Below, piece after piece: positions 19,450-29,541 of a DNA stretch of 64,000 nucleotides. This DNA comes from Candidatus Multivoradales bacterium (GTDB taxonomy: Bacteria; Acidobacteriota; Thermoanaerobaculia; Multivoradales; Multivoraceae), in contig CBDCWI010000002.1 of assembly GCA_965223325.1 (NCBI GenBank), positions 640,001-704,000 on the forward strand, in the 5' to 3' direction. The position numbers and the translations under genes were made by a program. Below the pieces are notes generated by a model. It saw nothing but the letters and a program-made list of their open reading frames with translations. It was not told where the DNA came from and searched no databases. Within the stretch, counting starts at the first letter, position 1, and each line of letters begins with the position of its first letter.

Positions 19450-19914
19450 CTACCAGTCGAGCCTGACCTCCAGCGACTTCGCCTGTTCGAGGCCGTAGAT
19501 CAACGTCGACTGGGTCATTGTCGTGATGTCGTGGCGCTCCTCGTCGTCGAGCTCTTCCTCGTCGTCGTAGCCGTCGATGACGTTGCCTCTCGCGTCTTTC
19601 CAGACCACGTAGGTGTTCATGTCGATATCGCGAGTCGAGTCGTTGGTGTACTCGACCTCGATCACCACGGTCTTGGTGAAGTCAGGGTTGTGCGGCCGAA
19701 TGATGCGCGACTTGACGTTCCTGGCGGTCTCGACAACCCGCACTCGATGGATGGTGACCGGACCATCGGTCACTTCGAGCTCGTACCACTTGCCGAGTTC
19801 GAAATCGAAGGTGCGGTCGATCTTGTCGGCCGCAGCTGGTATCGCCGTAGCCAGAAGAAGGGTCAGCGCCGCAATCAGAGGGAGCATGCGCGACAGAGCT
19901 ATTCGGGACTTCAT
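19450..19914 (-). CDS. Hypothetical secreted protein
   Basis: Signal peptide ending AAA-DK; GGAAGG RBS. Confidence 0.7.
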   Translation of the reverse strand: MKSRIALSRMLPLIAALTLLLATAIPAAADKIDRTFDFELGKWYELEVTDGPVTIHRVRVVETARNVKSRIIRPHNPDFTKTVVIEVEYTNDSTRDIDMNTYVVWKDARGNVIDGYDDEEELDDEERHDITTMTQSTLIYGLEQAKSLEVRLDW

Positions 19915-20010
19915 GAACGTTCCTTCCAGTCGAGTTTCAGGATTCGGTAGCCGACCGAGATTCTACAAAGGAACGCAACCAGGCGTTCTGCGCCTCCAGG
20001 CTCCGAACCG

Positions 20011-21175
20011 TCACGCCACCCGGTCACGACCGACGAGCTCGCCGATCGATACCAGCCCCTCGGTGGCCAGCCGCGCCACCAGGCCACGTTCGAGACGCGC
20101 GATGAGACCAGGCCCCTGGAAGACAAGCGCCGAGTACACCTGAACCAGTCGAGCGCCCGCAGCCAGTCGCTCCCAGACATCCGAAACGCTCGCGATTCCA
20201 CCAACCGAGATCACCGTGCCCTCGCCCGCCAACTCGCTCGTTACGACCTCGAGAAGCCGTCGCGACCGCTCCCGCAAAAGACGACCGCTGATTCCGCCCG
20301 CTCCCAGACCTGCAGCATGCCGCGCGAGCAACTCCGGTTCGTTGGTGGTATTGGAGGCCACGATCCCGGCCGCCCCCGATGAAAGCGCCGCCCGCACCAA
20401 CTGACCGGCAACGGCCGCCTCGAGATCCGGCGCGAGTTTGACCAGAACCGGCCTCGCAGTGCGCTCACGAACGGCGGCCAGTGTCTCCGAAAGGAAGACC
20501 TCACTCTGCAGATCGCGCAGTCCCGGTGTGTTGGGAGAGCTCACGTTGAGTACGACGTAGCTTCCGAAGTCACCGAGCAGGGCGGCGAGCTCGGCATAGT
20601 CATGGATGGCGCGGTCGTCGGGGGTGTCCTTGTTCTTTCCGAGGTTGATGCCGAGCGGAACCGGTGACGCGCCCAGGCGTTCGAGCTCGCGGTGAAAGGC
20701 CTGGCCACCGCGGTTGTTGAAGCCGAGGCGATTGAGCAGGCTTTCGTCTTCGACCAGGCGAAACATGCGCGGCCGAGGGTTCCCGCGCTGCGGCCGAGGC
20801 GTCACGGTCCCCAACTCGAGGAAGCCGAAGCCCAGGGCAGCCATTCCCCGAACCACTCGCGCGTCTTTGTCGAAGCCTGCCGCCAGCCCGATCGGCGACG
20901 GAAAGACCGTGCCGCCATCAGGCCCTTCGACGAACAGCTCCTGGGCGAGACAGTGATCACGCACGCGAGCGAGCGCTGCCAGAACATGTGTCACCCCGGT
21001 CGCCTGGGCAACGCGCAGGCTCGCCATGGCCAGGCCATGTGCACGCTCCGCGTCGAGGGCAAAGAGAACGGGACGTATCGCGCGATAGAGCGCGCTCGGC
21101 TTCGAGTCGGGCGGGTTACCAGGCGATGCCGTAGTCCTCACCAAAGTTCGACGCCCCACCTCGGAAGGTGCCATG
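20011..21175 (-). CDS. pyrD: Quinone-dependent dihydroorotate dehydrogenase (class 2)
   Basis: GLAAGFDK, GTVTPRPQRGNPRPRMFRL, NRLGFNN, NVSSPNTPGLR, KLAPD, SVGGI; start uncertain and overlaps the end of the GGT gene. Confidence 0.92.
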
Positions 21176-23089
21176 TTCGCGGTCGAACAGAATCGCAGTG
21201 ATAGGTCCCGAGGTGCGCGCACTGGTCTGGACCCGGTAGCCCATGCGGCGCAGCTCGGCGATGACCCAGGGCGACGTATCGGAGCGCACAGTCAAACGGC
21301 CCGGCTGGCGGCCGTGCTCCCCGAAGCTCGACATCATCTGGTAGCTCGTGATGTTGGCGGCCTCTGCTGCCTGCTGTACGTCCATGCCGAACTCGACCAC
21401 GTTCAAGAAGAACTGCAACAGGTTCTGATCCTGCGTATCGCCACCCTGAACGGCAAACGAAAGGTACGGCTCGCCTTCCTTGAGCGCCATGCCGGGGGTC
21501 AACGTCGCCCGCGGTCTCTTGCCCGGTTCGACGACGTTGTAGGGGTTGATGCGCGGGTCGACGACGAAGCTCTGCATGCGCTGCGACAGGCCGATCCCCG
21601 TGTCACCGGCGATATAGGCCGGAATCCAACCACCCGAAGGGGTCACCGAGACCACCCACCCCTCCTTGTCGGCGGCCTGGATCGACGTCGTGCCGGCGGT
21701 GAAGCCGCGGTCGAAGTCGTTTTGGTCGGCCAATGCCTCTGGAACACCCAGGTCGGAGACCTCGTACTCGGCACCGCGCTCGCCACCCGCAGCCGGTGGC
21801 CATTCTTCGAGTAGATCGAGGAACGGGTTTTCCCCTCTCTGAAAACCGTAGGGGTCTCCTGGCTTGACCCCAGGATCGTTCTTCTCCCAATCGATCGCCT
21901 CGGCGCGCGCCCGGGCGTAGTCTTTCGACAACAAACCCTCGAGCGGTTCGGCCGGCGGAAAGTAGGGATCGCCGTAGTAGAAGTCTCGGTCGGCGAAGGC
22001 GTGGTTCATGACCTGGTAGAGGGCGTGCATGTAGCGTGCGCTGTTGTAGCCCATCGCTTGGACGTCTAAGTCTTCGAGCATGTTGAGCGCCTGCAACATG
22101 ACCGGACCCTGCACCCAGCTGGTGAGCTTGTAGACGTCGATACCCTTGTACGACGTCTTGACCGGCTCTTCGACGTAGACCTGCCACTGGTCCAGGTCTT
22201 CGCGGGTGAACAGACCGCCGGCGTCGCGCGTCGCCTCGACGATCGCCGCGGCAATGTCGCCGCGATAGAAGCGGTCGTAGGCCGCCTGGATCGCCTCTTC
22301 GCGGGTCCTGCCGGCAGCGAGTGCCTGGGCTTCCGCTTCAACCAGCTTGCGCAAGGTCTGGGCCAGCTCAGGCTGCCGAAAAACCTCGCCGGCCGCCGGT
22401 GCGGCCCGCTTCGAGGCATCGTCTGGGTCGTAGTGCGGCAGAAAGACCCGGGTTGACGACTCCCAGCGCAAGAGAATGTCGCGTCGTCGCTCCATATTGT
22501 CGGCCTGCGACTGCTCGATTGCGTAGCCGTCGGCGAGCGCGATCGACGGCGCCAGCACCTCGGCCAGCGACATGGTGCCGTAGTCGGCGAGCATCTTCAT
22601 CAGGCCGCCGGGTGTTCCCGGAGTGACCGCGGCCAGAGGACCGTACTCGGGCGGATAGGGCATTTTCTTCTCGGCGAAGAAACCGGCCGTCGCGCCGGTG
22701 GGTGCAACACCCAGCGCGTTGATGCCCACCACCCTGCCGGTGTTCGGGTTGTAGATGAGCGCCTGGGTTTCCCCGCCCCATCCCAGGGTGTCCCACATCG
22801 TGCAGGTGGCCGCGAGCATTGCGGCCGTCGCATCGACGGCGTTGCCGCCCTGCTGAAAGATCTGGGCGCCGGCCGTGGCCGCCAGGGGCTTGCCAGTAAT
22901 CGCCACCCATTCCTTGCCGTAGAGGGCCGGCTTCTGGGTGCGCTGGGCAACAGCGGGCAGGGCCACCAGCACCAGAAAGGTGAGCCCGGCCAGCGCAGCG
23001 GCCGCCGCCCGGCGGTGGTGACCATACGCCACGGCGATCTTCCGCATACCGGTGACTCGGGGCCGATTCTTCGTGCGCTCACACTGCAT
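21116..23089 (-). CDS. ggt: Gamma-glutamyltransferase family protein (Ntn hydrolase)
   Basis: GGNAVDA, PELAQTL, FADRDFYYGDP, catalytic GTTS, PGKRPRATLTP; AGGAG RBS before ATG 23089. Confidence 0.88.
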   Translation of the reverse strand: MQCERTKNRPRVTGMRKIAVAYGHHRRAAAAALAGLTFLVLVALPAVAQRTQKPALYGKEWVAITGKPLAATAGAQIFQQGGNAVDATAAMLAATCTMWDTLGWGGETQALIYNPNTGRVVGINALGVAPTGATAGFFAEKKMPYPPEYGPLAAVTPGTPGGLMKMLADYGTMSLAEVLAPSIALADGYAIEQSQADNMERRRDILLRWESSTRVFLPHYDPDDASKRAAPAAGEVFRQPELAQTLRKLVEAEAQALAAGRTREEAIQAAYDRFYRGDIAAAIVEATRDAGGLFTREDLDQWQVYVEEPVKTSYKGIDVYKLTSWVQGPVMLQALNMLEDLDVQAMGYNSARYMHALYQVMNHAFADRDFYYGDPYFPPAEPLEGLLSKDYARARAEAIDWEKNDPGVKPGDPYGFQRGENPFLDLLEEWPPAAGGERGAEYEVSDLGVPEALADQNDFDRGFTAGTTSIQAADKEGWVVSVTPSGGWIPAYIAGDTGIGLSQRMQSFVVDPRINPYNVVEPGKRPRATLTPGMALKEGEPYLSFAVQGGDTQDQNLLQFFLNVVEFGMDVQQAAEAANITSYQMMSSFGEHGRQPGRLTVRSDTSPWVIAELRRMGYRVQTSARTSGPITAILFDREHGTFRGGASNFGEDYGIAW

Positions 23090-23377
23090 CCTGGTCTCCT
23101 CTACGGACAAACCCCTCTTTCGAGTCACCGTTGAACGGGCTCTGGGGAACGTCTCCATCATAGAGGAGGCCGCGCGGGTCTCCGGCCTCTCGGCTCTGCC
23201 CCGCGAAGATGCCCCTCGAGGAGACCGAGCACTAGAATCGCCGAAGCAAGAATGAAACACAGCCACCCCGCGTAGAGCAACCAGGATCGTAAGAACGGCC
23301 GCCCCAGCTTCGCCGGAGTCTCTCTCGGTCCCTTCTCGAAACCTCGCGTTTCTCTACCCTGGCCACGAAGGGAATCT

Positions 23378-23938
23378 ATGGACGGCTTCAGTCTCCTTAC
23401 TCTCTACCTCGGATGCGCCGCGCTAGGCGGTGGCGTCATGCTGCTCCAGACCGTGCTGACGCTGTTCGGCGGTGGAGTCGACGCCGACGGTGACTTCGAC
23501 GCCGATGTCGACTCGGTCGATGCCGACCATGGCACCGGTTTCAGCCTGCTTTCGGTGCGTTCGGTAGCCGGCTTTCTGCTGTTTTTCGGCCTGGTTGGCT
23601 GGGGCGGACACTCTGACGGCTGGGGGACGTTCCCTACCCTCCTGGCAGCAACCGCTGCCGGCGCCAGCGTCATGCTGTTGGTGGCCTGGGCGCTGGCGTT
23701 CTTCCGGCGCCTGACCGAATCTGGAACTCTCGATCTCGAGGACACCGTCGGTGCCACCGCCCGGGTCTACCTGCGGGTTCCTGGCAAGCATGCCGGGCGC
23801 GGCAAAGTCACCGTGGCGGTCGACGGCCAGAGCGTCGAGCTGCAGGCGGTAACCGCCGGCCCGGAGCTCGCCACCGGCAGTGCCTGCCGGGTCGTACGGC
23901 TGGTCGAAGGCGACACCGTCGAGGTCGAGCCCGCTTGA
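23378..23938 (+). CDS. NfeD-like (YuaF/YqiJ-type) membrane protein, flotillin partner
   Basis: Three TM segments plus C-terminal OB-like domain (VGATARVYLRVP..GRGKV); directly upstream of the SPFH gene. Confidence 0.8.
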   Translation: MDGFSLLTLYLGCAALGGGVMLLQTVLTLFGGGVDADGDFDADVDSVDADHGTGFSLLSVRSVAGFLLFFGLVGWGGHSDGWGTFPTLLAATAAGASVMLLVAWALAFFRRLTESGTLDLEDTVGATARVYLRVPGKHAGRGKVTVAVDGQSVELQAVTAGPELATGSACRVVRLVEGDTVEVEPA

Positions 23939-24048
23939 GTAGAACAGCCAAAGGCACGGCACTCCGTTCGTCGATCCAGGTTCGCGCCTCGAGGCGGTTC
24001 ACGTTCCACGGTGCTCGACGATGAGCACATCCTCCAAGGAGATCTGAC

Positions 24049-25713
24049 ATGGGCACACTGGCCTGGCCACTCACAATCCTCGCGCTGGTCCTCGTTGCCG
24101 GCAGCCTTCTCCTCGCCCTGGCGAAGCGCTACAAGCGGTGCCCCTCGAACCGCGTGCTGGTGATCTACGGCCGCACCGGTTCGGGGCGCGCCGCCCGCGC
24201 CTTGCATGGCGGCGGTGCCTTCGTCTGGCCCCTGATCCAGAACTACGACTACCTGTCACTCGACCCGATCAAAATCGACATTCCGCTCCAGGGAGCGTTG
24301 TCGCTCGAGAACATCCGGGTCGCCGTGCCCAGTGTGTTCACCGTCGCCATCGGCACCGACAACCAAACGATGAACAACGCCGCGGTGCGTTTGCTGGGCC
24401 TCAAGACCGGTGAAATCATGAAGCAGGCCGAAGACATCATCTTCGGTCAGCTCCGCCAGGTGATCGCCTCGATGCGCATTCAGGAGATCAACCGCGACCG
24501 CGACGTTTTTCTCGAGAAGGTCCAGACCTCGCTCGAGCCCGAGCTCAAGAAGATCGGCCTGATTCTGATCAACGTCAACATCAAGGACATCACCGACGAC
24601 TCGGGCTACATCGAAGCCATCGGCCGTAAGGCAGCATCCGAGGCCATTCAGCAGGCGCTCGTCGACGTGGCGCAGCAGGAGAAGCTCGGAGCCGTCGGAG
24701 TTGCCGAAGCCGAACGCGAGCAAGACATTCTGGTCGCCAACGCCGGCCGCGAGCGCGAGATTGGCACGACCACGGCCGAGCGCGACCGGGCAGTCAAGGT
24801 CGCCGACCTGAGCAAAGAGCAGCTCATCGGAGAGAAGCAGGCCGAGTTCGAAGCTGAGGCAGCGGTGCGCGAAGCCGACCGGCAAAAGCGCATTGCCGTC
24901 GCCGCTGCCGACGCCGCCGCAGTCCAGGGCGAGAACGAGTCGCGCGCCGTGATCGCCGCTTCGAACGCCGAGCTCAAGGTGCGCGAGGCGAACGCCTACC
25001 AGGAAGGTGAAAGTCGGCACCGCCAGGCGCAGGCCGCGGTCCTCGAAGCGCAGTACGTTGCCGAGGCCCAGGCGGCGATCGCCGAGGCCCACAAAGTCGA
25101 AGCCGAGAAGCGGGCCGAGCTCGAAGCGCTGTCGAAGGCGCAGAAGGCCCAGACCATCGTTCAGGCCGAAGCCGCTGCGGCCAAGAAGCGCATCGAAGCC
25201 GAAGGCGAAGCGGCCGCGATCTTCGCGCGCCTCGACGCGGAGGCGAAGGGAAACTACGAGATCCTCGCTCGCAAGGGTCAGGGCATGCGCGAGATCATCG
25301 AGGCCTGCGGCGGCGCACAAGAGGCATTCCAGATGCTGATGCTCGAACACCTCGACCAGCTGTCCGAAACCGCCGCCAGCGCGATCTCGAACATCAAGTT
25401 CGACAAGGTGGTGGTCTGGGACGGTGGGGCGGCCAACGGAGGTCCCGGTGGCACGGCCGGCTTCCTGAGGAGCCTGGCGGGTTCCCTACCCCCGCTCACC
25501 GAGATCATGAAAGACATCGGTGGTGTCGACATGCCGGACTTCTTCGCCCAGATGGCCAGCGATGCCTCGAACGGAGGCGCCGAGGGCGAGAACGCGGAGA
25601 GCGAGGACGGAAAAGACGTCGTGGCCGCAGCGATCGCGGCACAGGCGACCGAGAAGAAGATGCTCGCCGAGGCCGATCAGGCGGCCGAAGGAAGCGACAC
25701 GCCCGAAGCCTAG
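24049..25713 (+). CDS. Flotillin/SPFH domain protein
   Basis: N-terminal TM; GGGAFVWP, GQLRQVIA, INRDR, NIKDITD; Ala/Glu-rich coiled coil; AAGGAG RBS. Confidence 0.92.
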   Translation: MGTLAWPLTILALVLVAGSLLLALAKRYKRCPSNRVLVIYGRTGSGRAARALHGGGAFVWPLIQNYDYLSLDPIKIDIPLQGALSLENIRVAVPSVFTVAIGTDNQTMNNAAVRLLGLKTGEIMKQAEDIIFGQLRQVIASMRIQEINRDRDVFLEKVQTSLEPELKKIGLILINVNIKDITDDSGYIEAIGRKAASEAIQQALVDVAQQEKLGAVGVAEAEREQDILVANAGREREIGTTTAERDRAVKVADLSKEQLIGEKQAEFEAEAAVREADRQKRIAVAAADAAAVQGENESRAVIAASNAELKVREANAYQEGESRHRQAQAAVLEAQYVAEAQAAIAEAHKVEAEKRAELEALSKAQKAQTIVQAEAAAAKKRIEAEGEAAAIFARLDAEAKGNYEILARKGQGMREIIEACGGAQEAFQMLMLEHLDQLSETAASAISNIKFDKVVVWDGGAANGGPGGTAGFLRSLAGSLPPLTEIMKDIGGVDMPDFFAQMASDASNGGAEGENAESEDGKDVVAAAIAAQATEKKMLAEADQAAEGSDTPEA

Positions 25714-25780
25714 TGCTCCAGGCGCGATCCCTCTCACCAAGACGAGCAGCGGCTTCGAACGGTCTCGGGTGCGGTGTGCC

Positions 25781-28024
25781 TCAATATCTCGCAGCGAGGA
25801 TGCGTCTAGCCCTCTCGACCATCTGCTCGAACTCGAGGACCCGTTCTGCGGCCTCTGGCCGGAAAGCCCCCTCGAGAGCCGCGAGGCCCTTTTGGGCTTG
25901 CACCAGCACCTTCGCTTGCTCGCCCCCGTCTTGCCCATCGCGAAGGGAGTCGGCGACCAGAGCGACGGTCCCGGCAAGCCGCAGATCGGCGTTGGCGCTC
26001 TCCCAGTCCTCTGTCAGCTCGCGGCGAGTGACTTCCTTTTCGATCTCTTCGAACGAACCGGTCTTCTTCGACCTGTAGCGCAATCGTACGTCGGCCAGTT
26101 TCGGAATGTCCGCGCTGCCACGCAACAGCTCGACTTCGTAGAGCACGGTGACCTGGTGACCGGCGGCGACTTCGCCAGCGTCGGTCTGGGGGTCCCTGAA
26201 GGCCTCGGGGGGTAGTTCACGGTTCTCGTAGCCGAGCTGGCGGTAGCGCAGGACCGCATCGGCATTCCACTCCACCTGCACCCGGGCATCCGAGGCGATG
26301 GTGGGCCGTAGCCCGGTGAGTTTCTCGCCGAACACGCGCGTGGCCTCGCGCAGGTCGTCAACGTAGGCATACGATCCGTCACCGCGATCGGCGAGTTGCT
26401 CGAGGAGAGCGTCGTTGTAGTTGCCCATTCCAAAGCCCACCGCCACCATCTCGATTCCGGCCGATGCGGCGTCGGCAACGGTTTCGAGAATGCTGCGGGC
26501 GTTGGTCGCACCGACGTTGGCGACCCCGTCGCTGCAGAGAATCACCCGACTGGTGACCCCTCGAGAAGCGTTGCGCGCTGCCATGGCGTAGGCGAGCCGC
26601 ATGCCGTCTTCGAGGTTGGTCGACTGTTCGGGGTGTAGCCGCGCGAGTGCGACCCGCGTCGCCGCACGGTCTGAGGTCGGCTCGAGGACTTCGCGCGCCG
26701 TCGAGCTGTAGGTCACCAGGCCCACCTTGTCGTCGTCATGCAGTTCGTCGAGCAGCACGTCGAGTGATCGCTTGACCAGCTCGAGACGGTTCTCGCGCGC
26801 CATCGAGCCCGAGGTGTCGACCAGGAAGGTCAGTGTGACGGGCGGGCGACGCTCTGGTTTGACGTCGCGCGCTCGCACACCGATGCGCACCAGGTGGCGC
26901 TGCCGCGCTGCGGTGGTGGCCTCACGGCCGGAAAGCATTCCGGCAGGGATTGGCGCGCCCGCAACCGTCAAGCGAAAGTCGCCGCGACGCGGTGGCCTCT
27001 CCTGGGTTTCGAAGTAGTTGACCCACTCTTCGATCCGAATCGACTGTGGGGGCGGCAACATGCCTTCTTCGAGCAGGTAACGACGCGCCAGGGTGAACGA
27101 CCCGGTGTCGACGTCGAGGCTGAAGGTCGAGAGCGGCTGGTTCGTCGGATCAACGAACCGGTGCGCCGCGCGTCGGTCGAAGAACATCGCGTCAGGCGCA
27201 GGACGGCGCCTTGGGAGATCAACCGGTGGAGCCATGACGATGCCCGGTGTCGCGCTGCTGGCGATGCGAAACGTATCAACCATCGGCGCATCGCTGGTCA
27301 CGGTGATGTTCTCGGAAACGCCGTCGCTCGAACCGACGATTCCCTGGGTCGCCTGCTCTTTTTGACGCAGGGATCTTTCGCCCCGAGGCGCCGGCAGGTC
27401 GACCCTCGGTTCCGCACCGGACAGTGGCCGCGCTCGCGCTTCGGAGTTGACGTGCTCGAGCTCGAGCTGGATTCTCTCCATGTCCGCCTCGCGCTTCGGG
27501 TTGACTTCTTGAAACCAGGGGTCCGCGCTCGCCTGCTCATAGCGTAGAGGCTCGAGACCCGCGTCGTCTTCGGCACTCGAGACAGCCCCCACTGCGGAGG
27601 CGGCGACCTTCTGGCCGGTCACGACTTCGCCAGTAGGTGCAGTCACCTCTCCTACTTCGGCAGCCGAAGACGGCGGCATGCTGGCAGGCTGCGCGAGGAC
27701 ATCGGCCGCCCTCGAGCGAGCATCATCAGCATCGGCTTGCAGGACCTCCGATGGCGGTGCCTTGACGACCTGCTGGACCAGCAGAACGGGAAGAGCGGCG
27801 AGCACGAGCGCCGCCGCCAGCGCCCACGGGCGCCAGTGCAAGCTCTGCGGCACCGGCGCTTCCTCACTCGCAGGCGCCTTCTGGTTGGCATCTACGCCCG
27901 CCAGGGCCCTTAACTCCTCCGAAGAGGGCACATCGGCGAGCAGACGTGGCAGCAGATCAGGCGGAATCTCGACCTGCTCGGGGTGCTCGAGGGAATCGAG
28001 CCAGTCGTTGTTGTTGCCTACCAT
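25781..28024 (-). CDS. Membrane-anchored von Willebrand factor A domain protein (YfbK-like) with anti-sigma-like N-terminus
   Basis: TM WALAAALVL; PLSTFSLDVDTGSF, RIEEWVNYF, MIDAS DTSGSM..T..SDG, YRQLGYENR, DAGEV. Confidence 0.85.
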   Translation of the reverse strand: MVGNNNDWLDSLEHPEQVEIPPDLLPRLLADVPSSEELRALAGVDANQKAPASEEAPVPQSLHWRPWALAAALVLAALPVLLVQQVVKAPPSEVLQADADDARSRAADVLAQPASMPPSSAAEVGEVTAPTGEVVTGQKVAASAVGAVSSAEDDAGLEPLRYEQASADPWFQEVNPKREADMERIQLELEHVNSEARARPLSGAEPRVDLPAPRGERSLRQKEQATQGIVGSSDGVSENITVTSDAPMVDTFRIASSATPGIVMAPPVDLPRRRPAPDAMFFDRRAAHRFVDPTNQPLSTFSLDVDTGSFTLARRYLLEEGMLPPPQSIRIEEWVNYFETQERPPRRGDFRLTVAGAPIPAGMLSGREATTAARQRHLVRIGVRARDVKPERRPPVTLTFLVDTSGSMARENRLELVKRSLDVLLDELHDDDKVGLVTYSSTAREVLEPTSDRAATRVALARLHPEQSTNLEDGMRLAYAMAARNASRGVTSRVILCSDGVANVGATNARSILETVADAASAGIEMVAVGFGMGNYNDALLEQLADRGDGSYAYVDDLREATRVFGEKLTGLRPTIASDARVQVEWNADAVLRYRQLGYENRELPPEAFRDPQTDAGEVAAGHQVTVLYEVELLRGSADIPKLADVRLRYRSKKTGSFEEIEKEVTRRELTEDWESANADLRLAGTVALVADSLRDGQDGGEQAKVLVQAQKGLAALEGAFRPEAAERVLEFEQMVERARRILAARY

Positions 28025-28026
28025 TT

Positions 28027-28617
28027 CTATCTCCTCTCGCCGAGCTGGCGACGCAGAATGCGCCGGGCCCTGGCCAGGCGCTTGCGAATCGCGGAGCGCG
28101 TGACCCGTTCGGTTCGCGCAATCTCGTGGGCACTGATGTCTCCCCAGTACCGCGCCGCAACCACCAGGCGGAGCTCGTCGGGGAGGGCGATCACCGAGCG
28201 ACGTAGGAGCTCGCGCTCCTCGGCCCGGGTCAGTTCTTCTTCGGCGCCGACCGCTGGGTCGGCAACCTCTATCTCGTCTTCGAGTGGCGCCAAGAGGGCC
28301 GGCCGCCGGCACCGGTTGAGGAAGGTGTTGTAGGCGATGCGAAAGAGCCAGGTCGTGAAGCGCGACTGACATTCGAAGCTGTCGAGTGCACCCCAGGCCC
28401 GCCGGTAGGCGTCCTGCGTCAAGTCGGCGGCCAGCTCACGGTCGCCGCACATCCGTGTGACGGAGGTAAAGACCTTCGCGTAGGTGCGCCGCACGAGTTC
28501 CTCGGCTGCCTCACGATCGCCCGCCTGACAGGCGCGCACCAGCTCCTCTTCATTCCTCTTCCGAGGGCGATGGACGGCGGGCTTCAACCGTTCGGGCCTT
28601 TCGGCTTGCAGAATCAT
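28027..28617 (-). CDS. ECF RNA polymerase sigma-70 factor
   Basis: AADLTQDAY..AW, FTTWLFRIAYN (region 2); LPDELR...EIA...IRKRLARAR (region 4). Confidence 0.9.
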   Translation of the reverse strand: MILQAERPERLKPAVHRPRKRNEEELVRACQAGDREAAEELVRRTYAKVFTSVTRMCGDRELAADLTQDAYRRAWGALDSFECQSRFTTWLFRIAYNTFLNRCRRPALLAPLEDEIEVADPAVGAEEELTRAEERELLRRSVIALPDELRLVVAARYWGDISAHEIARTERVTRSAIRKRLARARRILRRQLGERR

Positions 28618-28639
28618 GTCGCTTCCCCTTCCTGCCCCT

Positions 28640-28668
28640 TTAGACACACGAAGCCAGCAAACGGGAAC
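28640..28668 (-). promoter_or_regulatory. Possible ECF-type autoregulatory promoter
   Basis: GTTCCC-N17-GTCTAA on the minus strand, 23 nt upstream of the ECF start. Confidence 0.35.
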
Positions 28669-28779
28669 GGCTCGGCTGCTTTTCTTGACATTCTGATCCA
28701 TGGCCCTGGTGAGCGAGCCGTGGGCTCCGGATCGCTATGATCGAGTCACGCCCTTCTTCACCGGGCGGAGGAGAAGACC

Positions 28780-29373
28780 ATGAGACGTTCACGAGTAGGC
28801 CAGCTGGTGTCGCTCTGGTGTAGCACTGCCTTCACGGTGGGCCTTGGCCTCATCACCCTCCTCCTTGTTGCGACCGGAGAGCCAGCAGGCGCGCAGCAGA
28901 GCACCGAGACCGGCACCGGACCGGCGCCGATCGAAGAGTCAGTGGCGGAGCTCGTCGAGCTGGTGCGCTCGTTGGTCGAGGCGCAGCACGACGAGCTTCT
29001 CCTGCGCCGACTCGAGCTCAAGCAGCGCCAGATCGAGCCCATGGAGGCTTCGCTGCGCTCCCAGCGCCAGAACTACCGCCGCCAGGAATCGCAGCTCGAG
29101 ATGATGGAACAGCAATTCGAGACCCAGCGCCAGCAACTGCGCGACCTGCGCGATTTCGGCAGCACCGAGCTCGATGCCGGCGATCTCGAAAGGCGCATCG
29201 AACAACTCGAGGCTGAGATCCGCCAGCAGACGGAGTATCGCGCGATGGCGGAAGGCCAGCTCCAGCAACTGGCCGCCCAGATGGCCGAGTTGGAGGCCGA
29301 TATGGCGCAGCCACTGGCCGAGTTCAGGACCCTCGAGGCGGAGGTCGACGACCGCCTGTTCGGGCAACGCTGA
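28780..29373 (+). CDS. Hypothetical exported/membrane coiled-coil protein
   Basis: GGAG RBS; hydrophobic N-terminus then long Q/E/R heptad pattern. Confidence 0.75.
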   Translation: MRRSRVGQLVSLWCSTAFTVGLGLITLLLVATGEPAGAQQSTETGTGPAPIEESVAELVELVRSLVEAQHDELLLRRLELKQRQIEPMEASLRSQRQNYRRQESQLEMMEQQFETQRQQLRDLRDFGSTELDAGDLERRIEQLEAEIRQQTEYRAMAEGQLQQLAAQMAELEADMAQPLAEFRTLEAEVDDRLFGQR

Positions 29374-29541
29374 CCGAACCAGAGGAGCCGTCCTCCTCCA
29401 CGATCCCGCCTGACAATCCGGGGTTTCCGAAGCCCCCCTAGGCGTCGACCACAGTCTGCGGTACACTGTTCTCTGTCGGAAACCAGTTTTGACTCGGCCG
29501 GACTGACCGGTCGACCAGTTACATCACCAGGAAGGATCAGC

